Shown: positions 20,014 to 29,149, counted from the first letter of the stretch. The stretch is DNA of 44,950 nucleotides from Clostridia bacterium (GCA_045586685.1 JAZNAU010000031.1:1-44950), one strand, 5' to 3'. Numbers and translations are program-made. Notes: generated by a model not told the origin, from the letters alone.

Positions 20014-21959
20014 CGTTTCACTTCCAATCGTTGGATTTCGTCGCGAAGTCTTGCGGCAACTTCAAATTCCAAAGCATCAGCCGCTTCTTTCATCTGTTCT
20101 GTCAATATTGCAATCTGTTTTTCAATAGAAACCGCCTGTCTTTGTTCGGATTCTTCAATCTTGGTGGTGGCTTCAATCACATCATGTACCTGTTTCTGAA
20201 TGGTTCGAGGAGTGATGCCGTGGGTTTTGTTATATTCTGCCTGAATCATACGGCGTCTGTTGGTTTCGGAAATGGCTCTTTGCATGGAGTCTGTTATCGT
20301 ATCGGCATACATGATAACCCGACCTTCTGCATTTCTTGCGGCACGGCCTATAGTCTGAATCAATGAGGTTTCGGAACGAAGGAATCCTTCCTTGTCTGTG
20401 TCCAAAATGGCAACCAGAGAAACTTCAGGCAAGTCAAGCCCCTCTCGTAACAGATTGATACCCACTAACACATCAAACACACCAAGACGTAAGTCACGGA
20501 TAATATCCATTCGTTCTAAGGTGTCGATATCAGAATGAAGATACCGTACCTTAATACCCATATCTTCAAAATAAGCGGTCAAGTCTTCTGCCATTCGTTT
20601 TGTCATAGTGGTGACCAGCACCCGTTCTTTCCTCTTTACACGAGCTATAATTTCGCCATACAAATCGTCAATCTGACCCTTTACGGGGCGAACATCAATT
20701 TCAGGGTCCAAAAGTCCCGTGGGGCGGATGACCTGTTCTGCAATCTGTGCAGAATGTTCCCGTTCGTAAGGTCCCGGTGTGGCGGAAACAAAGATTGCCT
20801 GATTGATTCGCTGTTCAAATTCTTCAAAGTTTAAGGGGCGGTTATCAAAAGCCGAAGGCAGGCGAAATCCGTAATCAACCAGTGTGGTTTTTCTGGAACG
20901 GTCTCCTGCAAACATCCCCCGTACTTGGGGAATGGTCACATGGGCTTCGTCCACCACTAACAGAAAATCCGAAGGGAAAAAGTCCATTAAGGTAAAGGGC
21001 GCACTACCTGGTGTTCTGCCGCTGATATGACGCGAATAATTTTCAATTCCTTGACAAAACCCTACTTCCTGAAGCATTTCCAAATCATAATTGGTTCTTT
21101 GTTTTAACCGTTGTGCTTCTACCAGCTTGTCTTCTTCTTTAAATTCTGAAAGCCGTTGTTCTAATTCGTTTTGAATGGAACTGATTGCCCGTTTCATTTT
21201 GTCTTTTGTGGTGACATAGTGAGAGGCGGGGAAGATAGCCACATGGCTTCTCATCCCCTTTATTTCTCCCGTCAGTGCATTGATTTCTGTAATGCGGTCA
21301 ATTTCATCCCCGAAAAATTCAATTCTAAGTGCCGTATCGGTAGAATTGGAGGGATAAATTTCCACTGTATCTCCCCGTACGCGAAATTTATTACGAATAA
21401 AATTGATGTCATTTCTTTCATATTGAATGTTGACCAGCCGTGTCAAAAGTTCATCTCGTTCCAGCTCCATGCCGGGACGGAGAGAAACAATCAGATTGGT
21501 GTAATCCTCAGGGTCACCCAGGCCATAAATACAGGAAACACTGGACACGATAATCACATCCCGCCGTTCTAACAGAGCTGCTGTGGCTGAATGACGGAGC
21601 TTGTCAATTTCATCGTTAATTTGGGCATCTTTTTCAATATAGGTGTCAGTGCCGGGTAAGTAGGCCTCCGGTTGATAATAATCATAATAAGACACAAAAA
21701 ATTCCACCGCATTGTTCGGAAAAAATTCTTTAAATTCGGTGCAAAGCTGGGCTGCTAGAGTTTTGTTGTGTGCCAGCACCAAAGTGGGGCGGTTTACCTT
21801 TTGAATCACGTTTGCAATGGTAAAGGTTTTTCCTGAACCTGTAACCCCAAGCAGGGTTTGTCCTTTCTGCCCTGAAAGAATGCCCTGTGCCAACTTCTCG
21901 ATTGCCTGAGGTTGGTCCCCTGTAGGTCTGTAATCTGAAACTAATTCAAAATGATCCAT
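20010..21959 (-). CDS. uvrB: Excinuclease ABC subunit B
   Basis: [44 protein letters not shown]-terminal UVR domain. Confidence 0.99.
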   Translation of the reverse strand: MDHFELVSDYRPTGDQPQAIEKLAQGILSGQKGQTLLGVTGSGKTFTIANVIQKVNRPTLVLAHNKTLAAQLCTEFKEFFPNNAVEFFVSYYDYYQPEAYLPGTDTYIEKDAQINDEIDKLRHSATAALLERRDVIIVSSVSCIYGLGDPEDYTNLIVSLRPGMELERDELLTRLVNIQYERNDINFIRNKFRVRGDTVEIYPSNSTDTALRIEFFGDEIDRITEINALTGEIKGMRSHVAIFPASHYVTTKDKMKRAISSIQNELEQRLSEFKEEDKLVEAQRLKQRTNYDLEMLQEVGFCQGIENYSRHISGRTPGSAPFTLMDFFPSDFLLVVDEAHVTIPQVRGMFAGDRSRKTTLVDYGFRLPSAFDNRPLNFEEFEQRINQAIFVSATPGPYEREHSAQIAEQVIRPTGLLDPEIDVRPVKGQIDDLYGEIIARVKRKERVLVTTMTKRMAEDLTAYFEDMGIKVRYLHSDIDTLERMDIIRDLRLGVFDVLVGINLLREGLDLPEVSLVAILDTDKEGFLRSETSLIQTIGRAARNAEGRVIMYADTITDSMQRAISETNRRRMIQAEYNKTHGITPRTIQKQVHDVIEATTKIEESEQRQAVSIEKQIAILTEQMKEAADALEFEVAARLRDEIQRLEVKR

Positions 21960-22104
21960 AGGTCTCTCCTATTTTCCGTTCTCATACAAAAATTTTTATT
22001 TTAACTCTTTATCCTTATATTGTACCACATTTTTTTTATTATGAAAAGATATTTTAATAAAAAACATATTTTATTTTTCCTTGGATAAAATTAAAAGAAA
22101 AGTG

Positions 22105-22133
22105 TTGACAAGTGACGAATTTTGATATATGAT
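22105..22133 (+). promoter_or_regulatory. sigma-A promoter of upp
   Basis: TTGACA-N17-TATGAT. Confidence 0.8.
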
Positions 22134-22161
22134 TGAAGAAAAAGAAAAAGGAGGACAAAAA

Positions 22162-22788
22162 ATGTCTCAGGTTTTTGAAATGACTCATCCTTTGATTCAA
22201 CATAAAATCAGCATGTTGCGAAGCACGGAGACAACAGTAAAAGATTTTCGTGCATTGGCAAACGAAATTGCATTGCTGATGGGTTATGAAGCAACCCGTG
22301 ATTTAACCTTGGAAGATATTCAGGTGCAGACTCCTTTGGCGATGGCAAATGGAAAAGCCATTCAAAAGCAGGTAGCAATCGTACCGATTTTGCGTGCAGG
22401 TTTGGGAATGGTAGATGCAATTCTTAGCTTAATTCCTGCAGCCAAGGTAGGCCATATCGGTTTATACCGTGACCACGAAACCTTGGAACCGGTTGAATAT
22501 TACTGTAAGTTACCGCCGGAAATTGACCAGCGTCAGGTATTGGTAGTTGACCCTATGCTTGCAACGGGCGGAAGTGCTATTGCGGCAATTAACTTTATTA
22601 AGCAAAGAGGTGCCAAAAACATTCGTTTTATGTGTTTGATTGCAGCACCGGAAGGAGTAAAAGCGTTAACAGAGGCTCACGGTGACGTTGATGTATATTG
22701 CGGTTGCATTGATGATCATCTCAACGAGAAGGGATATATTGTTCCCGGTTTGGGGGATGCGGGTGACCGTTTGTTTGGAACTTTATAA
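22162..22788 (+). CDS. upp: Uracil phosphoribosyltransferase
   Basis: [44 protein letters not shown]. Confidence 0.98.
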   Translation: MSQVFEMTHPLIQHKISMLRSTETTVKDFRALANEIALLMGYEATRDLTLEDIQVQTPLAMANGKAIQKQVAIVPILRAGLGMVDAILSLIPAAKVGHIGLYRDHETLEPVEYYCKLPPEIDQRQVLVVDPMLATGGSAIAAINFIKQRGAKNIRFMCLIAAPEGVKALTEAHGDVDVYCGCIDDHLNEKGYIVPGLGDAGDRLFGTL

Positions 22789-22792
22789 ACAA

Positions 22793-22818
22793 CACGGAAA
22801 CTGTACTATGTCTCCGTT
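22793..22818 (+). repeat. 26-bp direct repeat, copy 1 (putative target-site duplication; upp terminator hairpin)
   Basis: CACGGAAACTGTACTATGTCTCCGTT, 25/26 identical to 23060-23085. Confidence 0.9.
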
Positions 22819-23059
22819 CAGACCGTCGAAAAAATCGGTCTAACGCAAGAAGATGAAGAGGAAATCATTATAAATATTAAATTTTTTATACTGCATTACA
22901 AAAAATAGTAGGAAAAACATTAAGTTTCTCCGACGATTACTTGCTTTTTGCCAAAATGAACACTTGCCGTACCCCCGTACTGTCTGCGATTCATTTTGAC
23001 AAAATATTCCTTCCTTTTTTCCAGTCTGACAGCGTGTCGATAGGTTTATCGACACACTG
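22819..23059. mobile_element. 241-bp non-autonomous MITE-like element / IS remnant (IS1182-like ends inferred)
   Basis: Bounded exactly by the 26-bp direct repeats; imperfect TIRs CAGACCGTCGAAAAA and revcomp CAGTGTGTCGATAAA; no transposase ORF. Confidence 0.72.
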
Positions 23060-23094
23060 CACGGAGACTGTACTATGTCTCCGTTATTTTTTTA
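23060..23094 (+). terminator. 26-bp direct repeat, copy 2 = intact intrinsic terminator
   Basis: ACGGAGAC-TGTACTAT-GTCTCCGT followed by TATTTTTTT. Confidence 0.85.
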
Positions 23095-23191
23095 TCAAAA
23101 AGAAATTGAAAAAAAGTGAAATTGCCCCTTTTTTTTCTTACAAATTTATGATATAATGAAAATATCATACCGTATTTAGGAGGAAACAGTT

Positions 23192-24589
23192 ATGTTTTTA
23201 GATGAAAAATTTATGTTAAAAAACGAAACGGCAGTGCATCTGTATGAAGATTATGCAAAGGATCTTCCGATTTTTGATTATCACTGTCACCTGAATCCAA
23301 AGGAAATTTGGGAAAATAACAAATTCAAAAATGTGTTTGAAATTTTCTTGGGCGGTGACCATTATAAATGGCGTGCCATGAGAAGTAATGGAATTTCTGA
23401 GGATTTTATTACAGGAGATCAGCCTGATTATGATAAGTTTCTCAAATGGGCAGAAACGGTGCCTTATCTGATTGGCAATCCCCTTTATCACTGGACACAT
23501 TTGGAACTGAAACGGTTTTTTGGAATTACAAAGACATTAAATAAGGATACAGCAGATGAAATCTGGAATCAATGTAATGAGATGCTGACAGATGATTCTT
23601 TTCGACCCAGAGCGTTAATTAAACGTTCCAATGTTGCCATGGTGGGAACGACTGATGATCCCGTTTCTAATCTGGAATATCATCAAAAACTTGCATCCTT
23701 AGACGGCTTTGATACGGTGGTAGCACCTTCCTTCCGTCCTGATAAGGCGGTTGAGTTACAAAGAGCAGGATTCGCTGATTATATCAATGAATTGGGACAA
23801 GCAGCAGGAATCTCTGTTTGTTGCTATGATGACGTGGTCAAAGCATTGACAAATCGAATTGCATATTTTCACGAAAACGGATGCCGTATTTCCGACCACG
23901 GTTTAGAGGGTGTACCTTACGGCGAGGGAACTCATGAGCAACTGGAGGATATTTTCCAACGCGCCATGGCTGGTAAGAGTATAACGGCAGAAGAAGCGGA
24001 TTTTTATAAATGCTCATTGCTTCAGGTTTGTGCCCGTGAATATGCCCGTCTTGGCTGGACCATGCAGATTCATACGGGTGCAATCCGAAACAACAATACA
24101 AAAATGTTTGAAAAGTTAGGACCGGATACTGGTTTTGATTCCATTCATGATTTGAACATTGCTTATTCCTTGTCCCGTTTGCTGGATTCTCTGGAAACAG
24201 AAGGGAAGCTTCCGAAAACCATTCTTTATACCTTGAATCCCAAGGATAATTATGTTTTGGGTACTATGCTTGGAAACTTCCAAGGAAGTGAAGTTCCCGG
24301 GAAGATTCAGTTTGGTTCCGGTTGGTGGTTCAATGACCAGAGAGATGGAATGGAAGAACAGATGAAAGCATTGGCAAACTTGGGATTGTTGAGTCGTTTT
24401 GTAGGAATGCTTACCGATTCCAGAAGTTTTCTTTCTTATCCCAGACATGAATATTTCCGTCGAATTATGTGTAATTTGATTGGTAAATGGGTGGAAGAAG
24501 GGGAATACCCTCAGGATGAAGAAATGTTAAAAACCATTGTACAGGGAATCAGCTTTTATAATGCAAAACAATATTTTAACATGATTTAG
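23192..24589 (+). CDS. uxaC: Uronate (glucuronate) isomerase
   Basis: PIFDYHCHL, GDHYKWRAMR, GNPLYHWTHLEL, FRPD, GSGWWFND, GMLTDSRSFLSYPRHEYFRR. Confidence 0.98.
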   Translation: MFLDEKFMLKNETAVHLYEDYAKDLPIFDYHCHLNPKEIWENNKFKNVFEIFLGGDHYKWRAMRSNGISEDFITGDQPDYDKFLKWAETVPYLIGNPLYHWTHLELKRFFGITKTLNKDTADEIWNQCNEMLTDDSFRPRALIKRSNVAMVGTTDDPVSNLEYHQKLASLDGFDTVVAPSFRPDKAVELQRAGFADYINELGQAAGISVCCYDDVVKALTNRIAYFHENGCRISDHGLEGVPYGEGTHEQLEDIFQRAMAGKSITAEEADFYKCSLLQVCAREYARLGWTMQIHTGAIRNNNTKMFEKLGPDTGFDSIHDLNIAYSLSRLLDSLETEGKLPKTILYTLNPKDNYVLGTMLGNFQGSEVPGKIQFGSGWWFNDQRDGMEEQMKALANLGLLSRFVGMLTDSRSFLSYPRHEYFRRIMCNLIGKWVEEGEYPQDEEMLKTIVQGISFYNAKQYFNMI

Positions 24590-24601
24590 GAGGAAGGATA
24601 T

Positions 24602-25453
24602 ATGAATTTACCATTTGAAATTGATTTGAAAGGCAAGGTTGCGGTTGTAACAGGTGGCGGAGGAGTGCTGTGTGCCATGTTTGCAAAGGCACTGGCAAAA
24701 GCGGGAGCTAAAGTTGCGATTTTAGACTTGCGTGAAGAAGCAGCCCAACAGGTTGCAAATGAAATCCAACAGGACGGCGGTACTGCAATTGGTGTTTCCG
24801 CCAACGTGCTGGAACTGGAAAGTCTGCAAAAAGCACACGAAACTGTGGTTAAACACTTGGGAGAGTGCGATATTTTGTTAAACGGTGCAGGGGGTAACAA
24901 TCCCAGAGGAACTACCACCAAAGAATATCTGGAATTGGAAGACCTTGAAAACAGCGAAATTACCACTTTCTTTGATCTGGATCCAAAGGGTGTCGAATTC
25001 GTATTTAATCTGAATTTTATTGGAACATTGCTTCCCACTCAAGTTTTCAGTAAAGATATGTTAGGAAAAGAAGGAAGTGTTATCATCAATGTTTCCTCTA
25101 TGAACGCCTTCAGTCCCCTGACTAAAATCCCTGCATACAGCGGTGCAAAAGCTGCAGTAAGCAACTTTACTCAATGGTTGGCAGTGCATATGTCCAAGGT
25201 GGGAATCCGTGTCAATGCCATTGCACCCGGATTCTTTGTTACGGCTCAGAATCAGGCTTTGTTGATTGACGAAAACGGAAATTACACCGACCGCTCCAAA
25301 AAGATTCTGTCTCAGACTCCTATGGACCGTTTTGGTAAGCCGGAAGAATTGATTGGTACCTTATTGTATCTGGTAGATCATAAAGCGTCCGGATTTGTCA
25401 ATGGTATCGTAGTTCCTGTTGACGGCGGTTTCTCTGCATATTCCGGAGTGTAA
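24602..25453 (+). CDS. uxuB: SDR-family D-mannonate oxidoreductase (fructuronate reductase)
   Basis: VTGGGGVL, NGAGGNNP..TT, SSMNAFSPLTKIPAYSGAKAA, NAIAPGFF, DGGFSAYSGV; follows uxaC. Confidence 0.85.
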   Translation: MNLPFEIDLKGKVAVVTGGGGVLCAMFAKALAKAGAKVAILDLREEAAQQVANEIQQDGGTAIGVSANVLELESLQKAHETVVKHLGECDILLNGAGGNNPRGTTTKEYLELEDLENSEITTFFDLDPKGVEFVFNLNFIGTLLPTQVFSKDMLGKEGSVIINVSSMNAFSPLTKIPAYSGAKAAVSNFTQWLAVHMSKVGIRVNAIAPGFFVTAQNQALLIDENGNYTDRSKKILSQTPMDRFGKPEELIGTLLYLVDHKASGFVNGIVVPVDGGFSAYSGV

Positions 25454-25474
25454 GACGAGAGTTTTTTTGCCGAA

Positions 25475-25714
25475 TTATAAAAAGATCAATGCGGCAAGAG
25501 TTGTAATAATACTTAAATTCCATACATGAACACAAGGGAAAGTAATGGAAATCATGAACGCTAATAAGGTAATGGTTCCTTTCAGCAAATGTTTTCCAAA
25601 ATGACTTTCCCTTTTTTGTTTGTTTTCATAAAAACAGAGCTGATGTGCCGCCTTTTGAGCAAGTAATTCTGCATAATTCGGATCTGTTCGATTTAATGAT
25701 TGCATGAATTTCAT
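25475..25714 (-). CDS. Small hypothetical membrane protein
   Basis: AAGGAGAG SD and TATAAT upstream; hydrophobic C-terminal half with about 2 TM segments. Confidence 0.6.
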   Translation of the reverse strand: MKFMQSLNRTDPNYAELLAQKAAHQLCFYENKQKRESHFGKHLLKGTITLLAFMISITFPCVHVWNLSIITTLAALIFL

Positions 25715-25838
25715 TGATTTCACTCTCCTTTTATCCTATTATAGCTGATTTTGTGTGTCATAAAACGGACAGTTTGAAAAAGAAAAGCACTTTAAAAGAA
25801 TTTAAAGTGTTGCACAAAGAATTTCTTAATTTTTTCTC

Positions 25839-25867
25839 TTGACAATTTCTTGAAAAAAATATATAAT
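25839..25867 (+). promoter_or_regulatory. sigma-A promoter of thrS
   Basis: TTGACA-N17-TATAAT, 37 nt upstream of the start codon. Confidence 0.85.
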
Positions 25868-25904
25868 AAAATGAAATATATCTTTATGAAAGGGGAGTGC
25901 CCAG

Positions 25905-27836
25905 TTGATTAAAATTACGTTAAAAGACGGTTCAACGATGGAAGTTGAACTTGGATGCAGTGTGTATGATGCTGCCAGACAAATCAGTGAAGGACTTGCA
26001 CGGGCGGCAGTTGCCGGTGCGTTGGATGGAGAGGTTGTGGATCTGACTACCAAGCTTGAACAGGATTGCACATTGGAAATTCTTACCTTTGACGATGAGC
26101 GGGGGAAGAAAACCTTCTGGCATACTACCTCTCATATTTTGGCACAAGCTGTCAAAAATTTATTTCCTGATACCAAGCTTGCAATCGGTCCGGCGATTGA
26201 TAATGGATTTTACTATGATTTTGATATGGAACACACCTTGACCAATGATGACCTTCGTGATATTGAAGCAGAAATGAAGAAAATTGTGAAAAACGGTGCA
26301 AGATTAGAACGATTTGTTTTACCGAAAAACGAAGCGTTGGAATTGATGAAGGACGAGCCCTATAAAGTAGAGTTGATTGAAGAATTACCCGAAGGGGAAA
26401 CCATTTCTTTTTATCGTCAGGATGGCTTTACCGATCTTTGTGCAGGACCTCATTTATTTGATGTGAAAAATGTAAAGGCGATTGCACTTCTTTCCGCTAC
26501 AGGTGCTTACTGGAGAGGAAATGAAAAGAATAAGATGCTTCAGCGTGTGTATGGTGTTTCTTTTCCGAAAAAGAACATGCTCGACGAGCATCTGGAGCAG
26601 TTGGAAGAAGCAAAGAAAAGAGACCATAACCGTTTGGGTCGAGAATTAGAGCTGTTCACCACCTCCGACTTAATCGGTCAGGGGTTGCCTATCCTGCTTC
26701 CTAAGGGTGCAAGAATCATTCAACTGTTACAGCGTTTTGTTGAGGATGAAGAACAAAAAAGAGGCTGGCAGTTAACCAAAACGCCTTTAATGGCAAAGAG
26801 TGATTTGTACAAAGTATCCGGTCACTGGGATCATTATCAGGACGGGATGTTTGTGATGGGTGACGAGGAAGTAGACAAAGAAGTATTTGCACTTCGACCC
26901 ATGACCTGTCCCTTCCAGTATCAGGCGTATCTGAACCGTGCCCGTTCCTACCGGGATTTGCCCCTTCGTTACAACGAAACCTCAACTTTGTTCCGTAATG
27001 AAGCATCAGGTGAAATGCATGGGTTAATCCGCGTTCGCCAGTTTACTATTTCGGAAGGTCACTTAATGTGTACTCCCGAACAGTTGGAAGGTGAATTCAA
27101 AAGCTGTTTGGAACTGACCATGTTTATGCTGAAAACATTGGGACTTTATGAGGATGTGAGCTATCGGTTTTCTCAATGGGATTCCGATAACAGAGAAAAG
27201 TATATCGGAACACAAGAACAGTGGGATGAAGCCCAGTCGACCATGAAGAAAATTTTGGACGATTTGGAAGTTCCTTATGTAATCGGAATAGGAGAAGCGG
27301 CATTTTACGGTCCTAAGCTGGATATCCAGATTAAGAATGTTCATGGAAAAGAAGATACGCTTATTACCATTCAGATTGACCAGATGTTGGCAGAAAAATT
27401 TGGTATGGAATATGTGGATTCTGACGGAAGCAAGAAACATCCTTATATTATTCACAGAACATCTATCGGTTGTTATGAACGTACTCTTGCCTTGCTGATT
27501 GAAAAGTATGCTGGTGCGTTTCCTGCATGGCTTGCACCTGTTCAGGTAAAGGTATTGCCCATTTCTCAGAATTATTTTGAGTATACTCAAAAAATTACCG
27601 AGAAGCTGGAAGCCGTAGGAATTCGGGTAGAGCATGATACCAGAAGTGAAAAAATCGGATATAAAATCCGTGAAGCACAGTTGGAAAAAGTGCCTTATAT
27701 GTTGATTGCGGGTGAACAGGAAATGGAAGCAGGAACTGTTTCTGTCCGTTCTCGTAAAAATGGAGATATGGGCAGTGTGTCCATTGACGATTTTATCAAA
27801 GAACTGTTAGTTGAGGTTCAAACCAGAGCAAGATAA
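25905..27836 (+). CDS. thrS: Threonine--tRNA ligase
   Basis: TGS domain, HTTSH, DLCAGPH editing motifs, RDHNRLG, SGHWDHY, LRPMTCP, AAFYGPKLD, WLAPVQ. Confidence 0.99.
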   Translation: MIKITLKDGSTMEVELGCSVYDAARQISEGLARAAVAGALDGEVVDLTTKLEQDCTLEILTFDDERGKKTFWHTTSHILAQAVKNLFPDTKLAIGPAIDNGFYYDFDMEHTLTNDDLRDIEAEMKKIVKNGARLERFVLPKNEALELMKDEPYKVELIEELPEGETISFYRQDGFTDLCAGPHLFDVKNVKAIALLSATGAYWRGNEKNKMLQRVYGVSFPKKNMLDEHLEQLEEAKKRDHNRLGRELELFTTSDLIGQGLPILLPKGARIIQLLQRFVEDEEQKRGWQLTKTPLMAKSDLYKVSGHWDHYQDGMFVMGDEEVDKEVFALRPMTCPFQYQAYLNRARSYRDLPLRYNETSTLFRNEASGEMHGLIRVRQFTISEGHLMCTPEQLEGEFKSCLELTMFMLKTLGLYEDVSYRFSQWDSDNREKYIGTQEQWDEAQSTMKKILDDLEVPYVIGIGEAAFYGPKLDIQIKNVHGKEDTLITIQIDQMLAEKFGMEYVDSDGSKKHPYIIHRTSIGCYERTLALLIEKYAGAFPAWLAPVQVKVLPISQNYFEYTQKITEKLEAVGIRVEHDTRSEKIGYKIREAQLEKVPYMLIAGEQEMEAGTVSVRSRKNGDMGSVSIDDFIKELLVEVQTRAR

Positions 27837-27843
27837 AAAAATT

Positions 27844-27898
27844 GCATAAAAAATACCTCTTTTATATACACTAAACGTATAAAGGAGGTATTTTTATG
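27844..27898 (+). promoter_or_regulatory. Long hairpin sequestering sleB SD and AUG, with an embedded sigG-like promoter
   Basis: CAT-A-AAAAATACCTCTTTTATA / TATAAAGGAGGTATTTTT-ATG stem; GCATA-N18-TACACTA. Confidence 0.72.
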
Positions 27899-28549
27899 AA
27901 AAAAAGGATATTGCTGATTGGCTTAATGCTTACCCTTGTATTGGCAGTTTTGTTCATTCCGAAATATGAAGAATCGACCCCAACTCTGTCACGATATGGC
28001 TCTCAAGGAAACGAGGTAGTCAGCATTCAGACAAAACTGAAAAATCTGGGATATTATCAAGGAGAAATTGACGGAATTTTTGGTCCTCTTACTCAAAGTG
28101 CGGTCATTTGGTATCAAAGCAATTTTGGCTTGAAGGCAGATGGAGTGGTGGGACCTAAAACCTTAAAATCCTTAGGGCTTTCCGCAGGCGGTTACAATAA
28201 TTCCGATTTAGAACTGCTTGCACGATGCGTCAGTGCAGAGGCAAGAGGAGAGCCTTATCAGGGACAGGTTGCAGTGGCAGCAGTCATACTCAATCGTGTG
28301 AATTCTGCATCTTTCCCCAGTAGTATTGCGGGCGTGGTGTATCAACCCGGTGCCTTTTCCTCTGTCAATGACGGACAGATCAATATGGAGCCTACCGCTT
28401 CCGCACGAAATGCGGCACAAGAGGCTTTGAGCGGTGTCGACCCATCCTACGGAAGTATCTATTTCTACAATCCCGCAAAATCAACCAGTAAATGGATTTT
28501 TTCAAGACCGACGGTGGTGACAATCGGTTCTCACATATTTGCAAAATGA
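27896..28549 (+). CDS. sleB: Spore cortex-lytic enzyme SleB
   Basis: Signal peptide, PG-binding domain (YGSQG..DGIFG..DGVVG), Hydrolase_2 [33 protein letters not shown]. Confidence 0.93.
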   Translation: MKKRILLIGLMLTLVLAVLFIPKYEESTPTLSRYGSQGNEVVSIQTKLKNLGYYQGEIDGIFGPLTQSAVIWYQSNFGLKADGVVGPKTLKSLGLSAGGYNNSDLELLARCVSAEARGEPYQGQVAVAAVILNRVNSASFPSSIAGVVYQPGAFSSVNDGQINMEPTASARNAAQEALSGVDPSYGSIYFYNPAKSTSKWIFSRPTVVTIGSHIFAK

Positions 28550-28565
28550 AAGGATGAAGTTACGA

Positions 28566-29021
28566 ATGAAAATTGTGTTACAAAGAGTGTTGGAGGCAAG
28601 AGTATCTATAGACGGCAAAACGATTGGCGAAATAGGAAAAGGGTATCTGGTGTTACTAGGAATTGAAGAAACAGACACAGAGGGAATTGCTGAAAAGATG
28701 GCGGACAAACTTCAAAAGCTCCGTATTTTTGAAGATGAGAACGGGAAAACAAATTTAAACGCAGAACAGGTAAAGGGTGAAATTTTGGTGGTTTCCCAAT
28801 TTACTCTGTGCGCCGATTGCAGAAAAGGTAACCGCCCCAGTTTTATCGGTGCCGCAAGACCGGAACAGGCCATTCCTCTTTATGAGTATTTTCTGTCACT
28901 TTGTAAAACCCGTTTTGCCAAAACCGCTTGCGGTGAATTTGGGGCAGATATGAAGATTTCTTTGATAAATGATGGGCCCTTTACAATTGTGTTGAACAGT
29001 GAAGAGATGTTTTCTTTTTAA
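28566..29021 (+). CDS. dtd: D-aminoacyl-tRNA deacylase
   Basis: [39 protein letters not shown]. Confidence 0.96.
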   Translation: MKIVLQRVLEARVSIDGKTIGEIGKGYLVLLGIEETDTEGIAEKMADKLQKLRIFEDENGKTNLNAEQVKGEILVVSQFTLCADCRKGNRPSFIGAARPEQAIPLYEYFLSLCKTRFAKTACGEFGADMKISLINDGPFTIVLNSEEMFSF

Positions 29022-29038
29022 TTAAACCTTTTAAATAG

Positions 29039-29070
29039 AAAAGAACTTATCATTTGGTAAGTTCTTTTTT
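29039..29070 (+). terminator. Intrinsic terminator after dtd
   Basis: AAAAGAACTTATC-ATTT-GGTAAGTTCTTTTTT. Confidence 0.85.
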
Positions 29071-29120
29071 AATGCCAAAAAAAACGGACATATTTCCAAA
29101 TATTTTGTCGGTTTTAGAGG

Positions 29121-29149
29121 TTGACAACGGGGTGTAAAAATGGTATGAT
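29121..29149 (+). promoter_or_regulatory. sigma-A promoter of NTPase-vor operon
   Basis: TTGACA-N17-TATGAT with extended TG. Confidence 0.85.

Noticed and set aside
22793-23085. 26-bp direct repeats as a minimal CRISPR array
   Set aside because: Only two copies, 241 bp apart, no cas genes; the repeat is a terminator hairpin
22840-23156. Two 71-aa ORFs across the MITE-like element as transposase fragments
   Set aside because: No DDE/HUH motifs, and they run through hairpins and the terminator
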